Assembly: GCA_964016885.1 (NCBI GenBank)
Contig: OZ024758.1
Coordinates: 9,610,001 to 9,674,000 of the forward strand
Reading direction: 5' to 3'
Length of the DNA stretch: 64,000 nt
DNA from: Eledone cirrhosa
Taxonomy: Eukaryota
The position numbers and the translations under genes were made by a program. Positions 40,333 to 53,297 of the stretch are shown piece by piece; position 1 is the first letter of the stretch, and every line of letters begins with the position of its first letter. The notes under the pieces were generated by a model. It was not told where the DNA came from, did no database searches, and saw only the letters and a list, made by a program, of their open reading frames with translations.

Positions 40333-41717
40333 GTTTTTTTTTGTTTTTTTTTTGTTTTTTTTTTTGTTTTTTTTTTGTTTTTTTTTTCCAGAAGTGGGGT
40401 TGGAGGTAAAATAATAATGGGAATTGGAGACAGTAGTTCCTCTTTTCGTTTCACCTCTTAGTTTCCTCAGACTGAGTGACGGCCAGATATTTCTCTGCTT
40501 TTTACTGTACCACATTATAGTCATGCTGTGTCAGATTGTTATCAATACATGACCCGTTATCTGAGAATTGTTATCAACACATGACCGGTATCTGAGAAGA
40601 TATTTTATTGCTAATTAGGTTAGTTTAGAAGATATTTACTTCATTGTTATTTAATCCTTGATATAATTAAAACATTATTTTGCCATTAATTACTCACAGA
40701 AATAATTATCTTCTGATAAGTTATTATCAGTTACAATTTCTGTTTTATTTAACAGTGCTAAATAGTGTAAGATCTAGTTCCCTTCTATACTAACAATTGT
40801 TAGGGTGGCTTTTATTATTGTCAGTACATATAGATATTTTCTCTGTGACTTGCTGGAGCAAGTGATTTCATAGTTAGTGTTATGATATATGTATGGGCCT
40901 GTAACACTTGGAGAGTTATAAGGGCGGCATATAGTATTTCTAAAGCATTTTTAAACTTGACAGAACCCATCTCCTTTCCAGGTCTGAATACAGCAGATTT
41001 CTTCCAGAGAAGGATAGAAAGTGAGAGAAAGGAAGTGAGAAAGAGATATAAAGGAAGAATCGACCCCAGTACTTGACTGGTACTTTTTTTTTTTATCGAT
41101 CTTGTAAATTCCTTAAGAGATTATATCTGGAACATACTTTACACAACAGTTTAATCTACAAGTTTAATCTTCAATCCTTGCATCAAAAATTGGACAAAAT
41201 AGCTGGGCCAAGTAAATTTGACACTTCAACAAACTCTCCTTATTGTGGAACCCTGTTGATACCAACTTGCCCAAAACCACCTCTGGTTCTATGAAACTAA
41301 GCCATTCATTTTTAAGGGATCCCATTTGAATTAATATTTTCCAACTAATTTGTTATAGAAACCATTTGTTATGTATAAATATCATCTATTTCTCCAATCG
41401 CTCAATGGTCTGCTGTTCAATCTCTTACACATTTTTATTAAAATAGCAAAAAAATTAGTTTCTATTTTCATAGAAACAGGTTCATCAGAAAATCTTCTCT
41501 GGCGTTTTTCTCAAAGTCCTTAAATAATTTTGAAAAGAAACTCTTAAACTCTTACTAAATTGTTGAAAATGAAACTCTTTGCAATTAGAGAAGTTAAGAA
41601 AATGGAAACATTTTGCAGGAAAGATTGTAATTTAGTGACAGATTGTAGGTCCATTTCCTTCATGTTTTGATAATGTAAGCAGATGTGTTATTATCTGTTG
41701 TTCATAATTCCTACATT

Positions 41718-41920
41718 TACGAAGGGTGGCAGCTGAAAAGTTTATAGGCTGACCAAAATACTCTCATGGAATAACCAGATGAGGTTTATTTTTCAACATA
41801 GTCCTCAGAAAGAAACAATGCAGTTATTAAAAAGATGAGTTGAAATTAATGCATGCAAAATTCCACAGCTCTAGCATCACTCCTTCATAGTCAGCCTATG
41901 ATCTTTTCAGCTGACCCAAT
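41718..41920. mobile_element. mariner-type MITE
   Basis: Same TIR family. Confidence 0.7.
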
Positions 41921-42720
41921 CTAGATGTCTAGGAATGGAACTGAAATTGTGTTGATGCTAAGATAGTGAATGTCAGAATGGAATTAGTTTTAAGATCTTT
42001 CAAAAGATTAGTTTGTTTATTAGTATTTCTTTATAAATAGAAAAACACAGAAATAAAAACCTAAACAGTAAGAGCTTTCATAAATACAAAATATTCTGTC
42101 GTTAGACGAGCTTTTAAATTTATATTCTCTTAACCACACTGACATGATTGCACCTATTTTTTTCTTTTTTGCTTCTTTCTAGCTCTTCGTTACTCTTGAT
42201 GGAGTTGTAGGGGTGTCATGTCTTGGGCATTTTAAATTTAGTGGAGCCCATCCCTTTGTATGTCAAAAGACAGCTGATTTCTGCCACATATATATATTTG
42301 GTCTTTCCAATTGCTAATACTATCTATCGGTCACAACTCCAGGTAGAAGGAGCAACATGAAATAAAGTGTCTTGCTCAAGGACATAACACATTGTCCGGT
42401 CCAGGAATCGTACTCACAACCTAGCTATTGTGAATCCAGTTCTCTAACCAATCAGCCACACGCCTTCACTATCTAGTGAAGCCTACATTCTTAACTAAAC
42501 TTTCTGAGATCCCACTACATCTCTTGTGTACATAGTTTGCATTTGGGGCAGAGGATGGAGTTCCAACCTACACCTTTCCTATATACTGACCAAGGCCATT
42601 TGCCTGAAGGGATCTGGGTTCTGTTTTCTCATCTACTTACAAGGACCTTCGTCTTTGTCAGGATGACTGTGAGACACTTTCTTTCTAGTCCCTGCTTCCA
42701 TGTTTTGGAATTTCTTCTTT

Positions 42721-42875
42721 AGTTTCAGCTAACAGTGTAAGATCATCCGCATACCAAAGTTTCCATGGGCATCCGGTCTTAAACTCCTCTGCTATAGCCT
42801 GCAATACTATAATAATCAGGAGATGGTCAAGAACAGAGCCCTGGTGGACACCGATCTGTATGCTAAATTCTTCTC
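42721..42875 (-). mobile_element. RTE RT fragment including the YADD motif
   Basis: Minus strand translates EEFSIQIGVHQGSVLDHLLIIIVLQAIAEEFKTGCPWKLWYADDLTLLAET. Confidence 0.88.
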
Positions 42876-42881
42876 AGCCCA

Positions 42882-42922
<41 letters not shown>

Positions 42923-42932
42923 AACAAGTAGG

Positions 42933-43028
42933 ACCCCGACGGCTGAGCTCAAGCCGTTTCGACAGCTAATTCTGGACTAAATAAAAATTTTTATCCTGGT
43001 ATTTGAATAGCCGAGCTTCTCAGGGGGT
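42933..43028 (-). ncRNA. Type I hammerhead motif of a second family (GUC site), with one core deviation
   Basis: Minus strand reads ACCCC-CTGAGAA-long stem II (GGCTA/TAGCT)-GAAA-CGGCT[TGAGCTC]AGCCG-TC-GGGGT. The core is CUGAGAA rather than CUGANGA. Flanked by (TA)n on both sides. Confidence 0.65.
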
Positions 43029-43077
43029 AATTCCATATATGGTAAAAGTGATTGTCACAAGGATTGGTCAAAAGTTC

Positions 43078-43132
<55 letters not shown>

Positions 43133-45307
43133 AAGAGAGCTAGCCACAGTACTCGACTAGATTGGTACTTTATTGACATCAAAAAGTTAAACTTGGCAGG
43201 ATTTAAACTCGGAACACAGTGATCAAGATCAAATACCGAGGCATTTTAAATCTGATGCCTTAACAACCCTGCCAATTCATCAATATAGATATGTTTCATA
43301 AACTGTGCATGTATTTGTTTCAAATAGGATCTTACATAGAAAGATTATAGTCAAAATATGGCTAAAAACCAATATTTTATGGCATTCCTTTACATTCTGA
43401 ATTCAAATACAACTGAGATTAGTTTTTTTAATTTTTCGCTTCTTAGGTCAATAAAATAAAGAATCTACTAAATACTGGGGTTAATAAAATGGACTGTTTC
43501 CACCCTCATAAAATCTGTGGCTGTGTGCCAATGCTAGAAATCAATATATTGATCTGATCAAAGAAAAATGAAACGAAATCTGTTTCTTGTCAAATAAACC
43601 AATTTGTATGAAGAAACATTATATTGAGTCTGTATACTATATGTAGTTTTTTTCTCAGACAATTTCCCTTGAGAAATAGTTGAATTTATTATACAAAGAC
43701 GTGTCACATATATATATAAACTTTTTACAACAGAATGTTTTAATGGTTTGGTGAGAAGTTGGGTAGAGTGGATGATCTTTGTAAATTCTCCAAGACTGTT
43801 GAGATCGATGTTGTTGTTGTTCAGGTTCATACATGGAAAAAAACCGTCTTTAGTGTTTTTTGATGTGGGTGGCCCATTATTTTATTGCAAAGAGACACAG
43901 ATAGTATGATGTTGTTTTAAAGGGTATTAGCAAAAGACATTGCTTCAACAAGGAAGCTATTATTTGTGCCCCTTATACATTTGTTGCCTTAATAGGCAAC
44001 AAACAAATTGGCAGATTTGTTAGAATGTCGGATAAAAGACTTTGCTGTATTCGTTTTGACTCGCTGGTCTTTGCCTTTCATCCATTTAAGGTCAATAAAA
44101 AAGTACCAGTCTAATACTGAGGTCGATTTTACCAAAATATCTCTTTTCATTCCTTTCTTTCATTGTCTGGAAGAAATCAGATCTGGAGAGATGGGCTCCA
44201 CCAGGTTTTAAAATGCCCTAGAAATACTTTGTCAATATGGCACCCCTAAGACTCCCTGATGAGTTATGGGACCATGTATATATTTGGTTAAGGAATTTAT
44301 ACTCTCTACATTACTGTTATACTCCTTATAACACACACACACACACACATATAAGGTGGTGAGCTAGATTTCCCGTGGGGAGTTTTGCCTTTAGAGTATA
44401 ACACTTTATTTCAGCTGGCAAAAGTGAGTTGTACATGTAATTTATAGGGCAAGCCATGTCACACACTGTGTCACATGACTTTCCTTAACAACTATATTAA
44501 GGGAATACATGTCTGCTGAATTCTCAGTCATTTGCATGTTAATTTCACAAACAGCTCTCCTTCCCTCCCCATCTCTCCCTCCCTGAGAGAGAGAGAGAGG
44601 GACAGAAAGACAAAGAAATGTTTATTAAGACTGAATTTATTTCACTCTACTTCCTGAAGTATTGAGTACTTTATTTGTATGTGAAAACCTTGCTCCTCTG
44701 AACAAAAGCAGTAAGATGTGGGTGTGTGCAGTGGATGTTGCAGGCTAAACTGTTTATAACTCAATGAATAAAAATTATGTATTGCATAAATTTATTTGAA
44801 AGAAAGTTGATATCAATAATATTGATAAGGATCTAATCGTTATCATTTATTTCATACCTGATCAATGAATGTTTATTAGAATTCACCTGTGAATCATGAA
44901 TAATTCTTAACCATCATCGTATTAACCTTTCATTATTTTGAATATGATTTTCAAATAATTTTATTTGCTATGATTTTTTAAAATGATCAAGAATTTAAAA
45001 GGATTTGCTAATATGAGGGTGGCCAGAAAAGTTCATAGGCTGTCTATGAAGGAGTGAAACTAGAGCTGTGAAATCTTGCATGCATTAATTTCAATGTTTC
45101 TTATTAATAACTGCATTGTTTCTTTCCAGGGACTCTCTTTTCTCAGTCCTTTTATCCTATTTTCTCTAATTCCTATTACCTTGGCACTTATAATCTCATG
45201 CGCATTGTTGTGCCTCCAAATATTTAAACTTATTTCCTAGTTAAATTTGTATTTCTTATTCCCCAATGCTTCAAATAAACAACAACAAAGTTATATATTG
45301 TAGATTG

Positions 45308-45637
45308 AGAGGCACATTGGCCTTGCAATTGAAAGGTTGTGAGTTCAATTCTCAGACCGGGTGATGTGTTGTTTCCTTGAGCAAGACACTTTATTTCACA
45401 TTGCTCCAGTTTACTCAGCTGTAGAAATGAGATGATAGGGACTGGGGTCCCTATCATTCCACTGCAAAGTGGTCGTGGAGGTGCCACAGCAAAAAAGCAC
45501 CCAGCACTCACTGTAAATGAGGTTGGTGTTAGGAAGGGCATCCAGCTGTAGAAATCAAGCCAGAATCAGTTCCCATCCCACTCTTGCAAGCAGGGAAAAG
45601 CGGACGTAAAATGATGATGATGATGATGATGGTGATG
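45308..45637 (+). mobile_element. CORE-type SINE with RTE tail (small 5' deletion)
   Basis: Near-identical to 7935-8282; the A-box region is partly deleted. Confidence 0.8.
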
Positions 45638-46373
45638 AGAGTCAGTTTTGGGCAGCTTCAGGCAGTCTCTTATGAAATGGGTTAATGTCAGTTTTTTATA
45701 TTTGCTTGGGTTAAATAAATAAGTGTTTCTGGTAATCTACAGTGACCCCAAAATAACTAAAAGGCATAGATGTTTTCAATTTTTGAGGGACCTTCTGGTG
45801 TAATGTTCTAACAAAAGACCTCTAAGTCAATGGTTCCCAACTTTTTGCATTTCATTAGAAATACAGGTCATGAAAAGGTTAAATCAAATTCTGTTGAGTC
45901 AGAACCCTTTAAAATTGGTGATTTTGTTTTCATAGAACCAGAGATGGTTTGGGGCAGGTTGTTATATAAAAAAAAAGGGTTAAGTCAGTAGGCTGTGATT
46001 TGAAGGAGATTTGATTGATATTTCTAGCAGATTGAGCAATCACATAGAGGATTTTTTGTTGACTCATTAGTACATATTTACATAGTAGCTCTGAACAGCA
46101 TTTGTGGCCACAAGAACTCGGAGACTTCACCCAGCACCCATGATTTTTTTCACACTTTTAAGCTTCACTGAAAATATTTAATGACTTTCCTTCTATGTAC
46201 ACTTATTACAATCTGCAATGTGTTTGCTTAGTTAGTAAATACTCACTGGTGGACATGTAACTTGGTTTGTTTTCCCTGTGGGTGATTGTATGTGGTGGGG
46301 TATGTATTATTTGAATTATAGGTAGGTTTATTTTTTCTGTATATATATCTGTCTTTTTATGTATATAGTATCC

Positions 46374-46578
46374 ATGAGGGTAAGCTGAAAAGTCTATAGG
46401 TTGACCAAGATACTCTCATGGAATGACCATATGAGGTTTATTTTTCAGCAAAGTCCCTAGAAAGAAACGATACATTTATTCATAAGAAGAGTTGAAAATA
46501 ATGCATGTAAGATTTCACAGCTCTAGCATCACTCCTTCATAGTAGTCAGCCTATGAACTTTTCAGTTGACCCTCATAT
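46374..46578. mobile_element. mariner-type MITE
   Basis: ~30-bp imperfect TIRs atgagggtaagctgaaaagtctataggttgac / gtcagcctatgaacttttcagttgaccctcat; TA flank on the right. Confidence 0.8.
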
Positions 46579-46759
46579 ATGTGTATCAGTTTATAAAAGT
46601 ATCTTTGTATGGACACATTCACATACTCAGTACAAATACACTCACTCATACATGCACACTCACATACACATACATACATATATCTATATGTATGTATCTG
46701 TGTGTGTGTGTATGTGTGTGTGTGTGTGTGTGCTGACTTTAAAGGACTCAACAACAACA

Positions 46760-46925
46760 ACTGTTTCTACTTTTGGCACAAGGCCAGCAATTACCCCAGT
46801 ACATTACTGGTACTTTATTTTATCGACCCCGTAAGGATGAAAGGCAAAGTTAACCTCGCCGGGATTTGAACCCAGATCGTAAAGGGCCATAACTCTATGC
46901 TGCAGAGCATGTCGTCCGACCCCCA
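46760..46925 (-). mobile_element. SINE family 2
   Basis: Reverse-complement copy. Confidence 0.8.
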
Positions 46926-48665
46926 ATAATATAATGTCATCATCATCGGTTAATGGCCATGCTAGCATAAGTGTGTGTGGGTGTGTGTGTGTGTGTGTGT
47001 AGGTGTGTGTATGTGTGTATATATAAATACACACACACACATTTACACAATGACCTTAAATTGTTAATGGACAAAGTTGCTTCTTGCTTGTATTTTTGTA
47101 TTTCAACAAGCGTGAGTATATATGTATGTGGCATAACAATGTGTGTTTGTGGTGTGTGTGTCCATCCCTTAATTGAATAAGGCCATTATATACATATGCA
47201 TAGATGTATGTACACACACACACACACACATGGTGTATGTGTGTATGTGTGTTTCTTTGTAGATATATTTCAAATCTTTCCCATTTGAAGTGTAATGCTC
47301 TTTAAGAAAGGATTCCTGCCAACCAGCCATTTCTGTCTTCTGGCTACAATGTTTATGACTTTTTCTTGTCACTTTATAAAAATAACCTTTCTAAAATATC
47401 TCTGATAATTTGTTGCTTGAAATATTTACATTATTGTGACACAAAAACAAACTAGCTTTTAATGATGTCTTCTTTGTTTTAGTCGTTTCATCTTTTATAA
47501 CACAAAGCCTCATTATGATCTCACGAGTCTGTTATAATAAATGTCCTGTCTAGTATAGTCTGCTTGTATCTTTATGCTGCAGGCTCTTCTTTTCTACATA
47601 TGATTTAACCCTTTTATTATCGTATTTCAAATGAAATATACTCGATTTCAATTAATTCATGAAGAAATTTTGAGGGATTTACTCAAATTAGCATTTATTT
47701 CATTACTACGTGTAGTGAGGAAGCAAAGGGACTTACCTTTGTGTCTCCACTCGTGTCTAGGCTGAATCTCCCTGCGTGGATGTTCACCTGTTTTATGTCT
47801 GCCTCCAAAATACTAAGTCTCTCACATCTTAGCATATTCACACAGTACCACGTCCTGACGAAAGAGAGTGTGAAAGGCCTGCAAACTCTGATATGACGTG
47901 ACTGGTCCTTCATTTCTGGAAAGACCTCCCCTGTACTTCCAGCACTCTAGCCACACACTGAGATAGTAAATTAACCCTTTGATTACTGTATCTGTTAGGA
48001 AATACACTTTCTCAGTGTTTCAATAAATTTTGAAAAATATTATTCAATAAATATATTTCAATAAATTATATTTAAAAAAAATATTATTCAATAAATTTTG
48101 AAAAATATTTATTAGAATTTAATAAAATAATTGTTTTTCTTCAATTAAGATGATATTTAGAACATTATTTAACAAAAAATTTCTAAGATAAAAATATGAT
48201 GGAAGGATTTAACATAGGGATTTCAAAATGAGCAGTTTTGTATAACACAAGGTGGTGTCAGCTGGTAAACATTTAACATATGTTTCTTGTAAAATCAATA
48301 TTATGTGAGGTAATTATGTTGGAATGAAATTTATTGCCTATGATTTAATTAGCTTTCAAAATAATCAAGAATTTCAAAGGATTTAATAAAATAACTTTAT
48401 TAGTGTAAACAATAATTGACTTAAGGAGCATTTGGAAAAATTGAAATTTGGATTTACATATTTTACATTATATATTTGTATATATTACAAGGGTCAGCTG
48501 AACATTTCTTAGGCTGACCAAGATGCTCTCATGGAATAACCAATAATTAATTAATCACTGCTTCTAAAATTCATTGTTAGGTTATAAAAATGTTTATTTA
48601 CATGAACATTTCATAGGCACAGCACATTTTCTAATGGGATAGACTTAAATTATTACTTGGCTTTA

Positions 48666-49780
48666 ATCTGTTACAAGTCTGTAGATCTCAGCTGTCCATT
48701 TGTTACAAGTCTGTAGATCTGTTACAAGTCTGTAGATCTCAGCTGTCCATTTGTTACAAGTCTGTAGATCTCAGCTGTCCATTTGTTACAAGTCTGTAGA
48801 TCTGTTACAAGTCTGTTGATCTCAGCTGTCCATTTGTTACAAGTCTGTAGATCTCAGCTGTCCATTTGTTACAAGTCTGTAGATCTGTTACAAGTCTGTA
48901 GATCTCAGATGTCCATTTGTTACAAGTCTGTAGATCTGGTTGGTCCATATACATATATCATCATTTAACATCTGCTTTCCCTGCTAGCAAGGGTTGGACA
49001 GGTCTTTTCAGACTTAATCAGTATTGAAGCAGGGCTACTGACCATCCAAACAAGGCAGGGGTCTGCATTTCACTTATATATAGTCCCATGTTCTACCAAG
49101 TGCATTTTATCATGGAACCAGCACTAGAGAGGTTGTCATGTCTTTGACATAGCTGAAGAGTTCTCCAAACAATTTGTTTGCCAAGCTTTCTATGACTGGA
49201 TGCCCTTCACTCTTTACAGCATGTACTGGGTGTGTTTAACTGGTCATTTCCAGCCAGAATTCTCTCACCTCTTTCTGTTCAAATTGGCTGTAACCAGCCA
49301 CTCATACTGTCATTAAGGTTTTGTTCTGAAAGTAAATAGTATTGTAGGCAGTAGTAGTAACATGTAGCTGTCTAACATTGTATAAACAAGATAGATTATT
49401 GTTCAATATGTATAAAAAATTGATAGAATTAATTGTAGCAGATAGTTTAGATATGTTTAGAATGGTTTAATGAGACAGCTGAGAGATCTACAGACTTGTA
49501 ACAAATGGACATCTGAGATCTACAGACTTGTAACAGATCTACAGACTTGTAACAAATGGACAGCTGAGATCTACAGACTTGTAACAAATGGACAGCTGAG
49601 ATCAACAGACTTGTAACAGATCTACAGACTTGTAACAAATGGACAGCTGAGATCTACAGACTTGTAACAGATCTACAGACTTGTAACAAATGGACAGCTG
49701 AGATCTACAGACTTGTAACAGATCTACAGACTGGTAACAAATGGACAGCTGAGATCTACAGACTTGTAACAAATGGACAG
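48666..49780. repeat. Inverted pair of 32/19-bp minisatellite arrays (48666-48937 and 49484-49780)
   Basis: Units gatctcagctgtccatttgttacaagtctgta and gatctgttacaagtctgta. The ORF track shows the same 52-aa peptide from the + and - arms. Confidence 0.95.
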
Positions 49781-50252
49781 AAAACAAAGTAGAGCCCAAT
49801 TTGATTTTTTATTTATTTTACAAAAGAAAGACCCCCTCCCCCACATATATGCACACACACACACACACACACACTATCTCTTTCTCTCTCATTCACACAG
49901 TCTCTTTCTCCATTTTTCTCATTCACACACATACACACAGTCACACACATACTCGGTCTCTCTCTCTCTCATTCACACAGTCTCACACATACAAACACAC
50001 TCACATATATAGTCTCTCTCTCTCTCTTTCATACATACACAGTCACACACACACACATACACACACACACACACAACTTCTACCAATGCCAAATTTTCGA
50101 TAACATGACTTTCTGGAAATTTCTGCCAATATCAAGTTGTCTTATTAGCCACATAAACATCTTTGTAAAACTTTCAAGTCAAGAAAAGATGCCAACTTTT
50201 CTTTATAACACAACATATTTTCTTTTTGAATCTTTCTGCAAATATCAAGTAG

Positions 50253-50602
50253 AGGCAGTGGATTGGCAGAATCAGTAGAGCGTCGGATACCATTCTTTGT
50301 GGCATATAGTTATGGCCCTTTACATTCTGAGTTCAAATCCCGCTGAGATTAGCTTTGCCTTTCATCCTTACAGGGTAAATAAAATAGAATACCAGTAATA
50401 CACGTAATACCAGTAATCAAATTTCCCATCTCCAAAGATTTTGCCTACATTAGAAACCATCATTATTTTACAGTCCCTTTACGATCTGAGTTCAAATCCC
50501 GCCGAGGTTAACTTTGCCTTTCATCCTTACGGGGTCGATAAAATAAAGTACCAGTAATGCACTGGGTAATTGCTGGCCTTGTGCCAAAAGTAGAAACAAT
50601 TA
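50253..50602 (+). mobile_element. Two SINE family 2 copies
   Basis: An older copy followed by a younger partial copy. Confidence 0.75.
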
Positions 50603-50788
50603 TTTAAAAAAATTTTTTCTTCAAAATAAACTTTTAGAAATTTCCAACATAATTCAGTAAAGCAACTTGTTTAGCTATATGTGGACATTGAACCTGTTAG
50701 AGATAGCAGTCAGTCTACCTTCTAGTTGGATGACATTGACTGTGGTCATTGAACCTGTTAGAGATAGCACTCAGTCTACCTTCTAGTT

Positions 50789-51280
50789 GGATGACAGCTG
50801 CATAAAAAGGTGCAGAGCACTAGAAGTCGATGGAAACCGCGGAGTGGGGAGACCCAAGATGACCTGGGATGAGGTGATAAAAGCCGACCTTACCCAATTA
50901 CACCTCTCAAAGGCGATGACACGACCGTGACCACTGGCGTCATGCAGTAATACAGAGTACCCGTCCTCCCATGGGTACAAGCTGAAGCATATAGACAATA
51001 TGCCCCCCCCCCCCCCCCCCACCGCAAGGAGGTCGTGGAGGTGCCACGGCCAAAAAGCACCCAGCCCACACTGTAAAGTGGACGTGTAGGCGCCACGAAA
51101 AAGCACCCAGCACTCACTGTAAATGAGGTTGGTGTTAGGAAGGGCATCCAGCTGTAGAAATCAAGCCAGATCAGTTCCTGTATGAGCAAGGCATGGTCAG
51201 CCGACCAGACACTGCCCACAACAGGACAACCCGTCTAACCCATGCTAGCGTGGAAGAACGGACGTAAAACGGTGATGATA
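50789..51280 (+). mobile_element. RTE LINE 3' end
   Basis: Near-identical to 3318-3815. Confidence 0.9.
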
Positions 51281-51299
51281 ATGTCATAATGTCGTAATG

Positions 51300-51507
51300 C
51301 AGACAGCCAGATATTATAAGGGCGCAATGTTATAGCTATCTAATGCGGTCCCTAGGGCATTGAAAATTTGAAATATGTTTTGCTCAAAACACTCACGCGA
51401 CCATAAGTATTACATGTGTAAAGTTTGAAAAAAATTGGTCGGGTGGTTCTGGAGTTTTAGGGAGACATACAGACAGACAGACATTCTCTGATTCAGATAT
51501 ATAGATT
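51300..51507 (-). mobile_element. Helitron-like 5' portion
   Basis: ACAGACAGACAGAC...ATATATAGAT end, as at 7280-7320. Confidence 0.55.
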
Positions 51508-52398
51508 ACATCTATCATTCTTGGTTATACACACACACACAGTCTCTCTCTCTCGTTCACACACACACACACACAGTCTCTCTCTCTCGTTCACACACAC
51601 ACACACACAGTCTCTCTCTCGTTCACACACACACACACACAGTCTCTCTCTCTCGTTCACACACACACACACACAGTCTCTCTCTCTCTCTCGTTCACAC
51701 ACACACACACACACACACATACACTGGCTGCCAGGTGTGTGTTTAAGTACAACACACCACACTCACTACCAGTACCAGTCTGACCACCACTGTCCCTACC
51801 ACCACCATCACCCCTCTTCCACCACCACCATCACCCCTCTTCCACCACCACCATCACCCCTCTTCCACCACCACCACTAGTTAACTCCATTCACCCTTCC
51901 TGTACCACCTGCTGGCTTTATATCAAACATACATTATTAGTTGGCAACTCTTTCTTCACCTTTGCCACACCTCATTCACCTTTCTACACTCTAACACCCC
52001 CCTCTCTCTGTATATATGTGTATGTGTATGTATGTATGTATGGTTGTGTGTGTGTGAGTGTTCTTAGGCACTGGTGGTGGTAAGCAGTGGTTGAGGCAGT
52101 AGTAAGATATGGTTGCTGTGGGGTTAACAATAACACATTCACATATCAGTGCTTGTGTGTTGGATTTGAAGTGTGTATGTGTATTTCATTTGAAGTGTAT
52201 GTGTGTGTGTGTGTGTTCTTGAACATTTTTTGACACATAACTCACAGTGTGTGTGTGTGTGTGTGTGTATATATGTGTTGATTTATCAATATGTGTGTGT
52301 AAACATAGCCAAATTGTTTAGAGGTTTGCTTTACAATGATGAGATCCCAAGTTCAATCAAAGCAACAGACATCTCAGCTAGTCTGTATTTCATTTGAA

Positions 52399-52437
<39 letters not shown>

Positions 52438-52858
52438 CTTGAACATTTTTTTACACATAACTCACAGTGTGTGTGTATATGTGTTGATTTATCAATATGT
52501 GTGTGTAAACATAGCCAAATTGTTAAGAGGTTTGCTTTATAATGAGATCCCAAGTTCAATCCAAGCAACAGACATCTCAGCAAGTCCAACTGAATGTCAA
52601 CCTGGTTTGCTTCTATTTAATCAAGACTTAACTCTCAACTCTGAGACAAGAATAAATTATAGCTTTCAATACAGTAAATTAGAGACAACCTTGATACAGT
52701 CCTCCGACCAGGTGCTAACCTCTCTCAGGGGGAGGGGACATACCTGAATTGACTATACACAAGTGTTTGGCTGATTCAATACAGCCATGCACCGCTGGGG
52801 TCTGTGGCCATCAACAGCTTGCCAGTGTGGCTGGCCAGAGCAGACTGCAGAACCCGAT

Positions 52859-53297
52859 TGAGTGCCCTGATCTCTACCCACCTGAGAGTGTATGGACCTC
52901 AACCTCATATACCTTAATCCCACTACCCTGAGCTGGTTGCAGCACCCAAGGGTTGTCATGTAGTGGGTGAGTGCCCTGATCTCTACCCACCTGAGAGTGT
53001 ATGGACCTCAACCTCATATACCTTAATCCCACTACCCTGAGCTGGTTGCAGCACCCAAGGGATGTCATGTAGTGGGTGAGTGCCCTGATCTCTACCCACC
53101 TGAGAGTGTATGGACCTCAACCTCATATACCTTAATCCCACTACCCTGAGCTGGTTGCAGCACCCAAGGGATGTCGTGTAGTGGGTGAGTGCCCTGATCT
53201 CTACCCACTCGAGAGTGTGTATCTCATGCCCTCTACTCCCACCTCTACTCCCACTACTGTGAGTTGGTTGCAGCACCTGGGGCAGGGGGGATGTCAC
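52859..53297. repeat. 109-bp tandem repeat (~4 units)
   Basis: Unit starts tgagtgccctgatctctacccac; ORF starts are offset by 109 bp. Confidence 0.92.

Noticed and set aside
47855-47882. CTGACGA...GAAAGGCCTG as a hammerhead
   Set aside because: No stem II or stem I pairing, and position 17 would be G.
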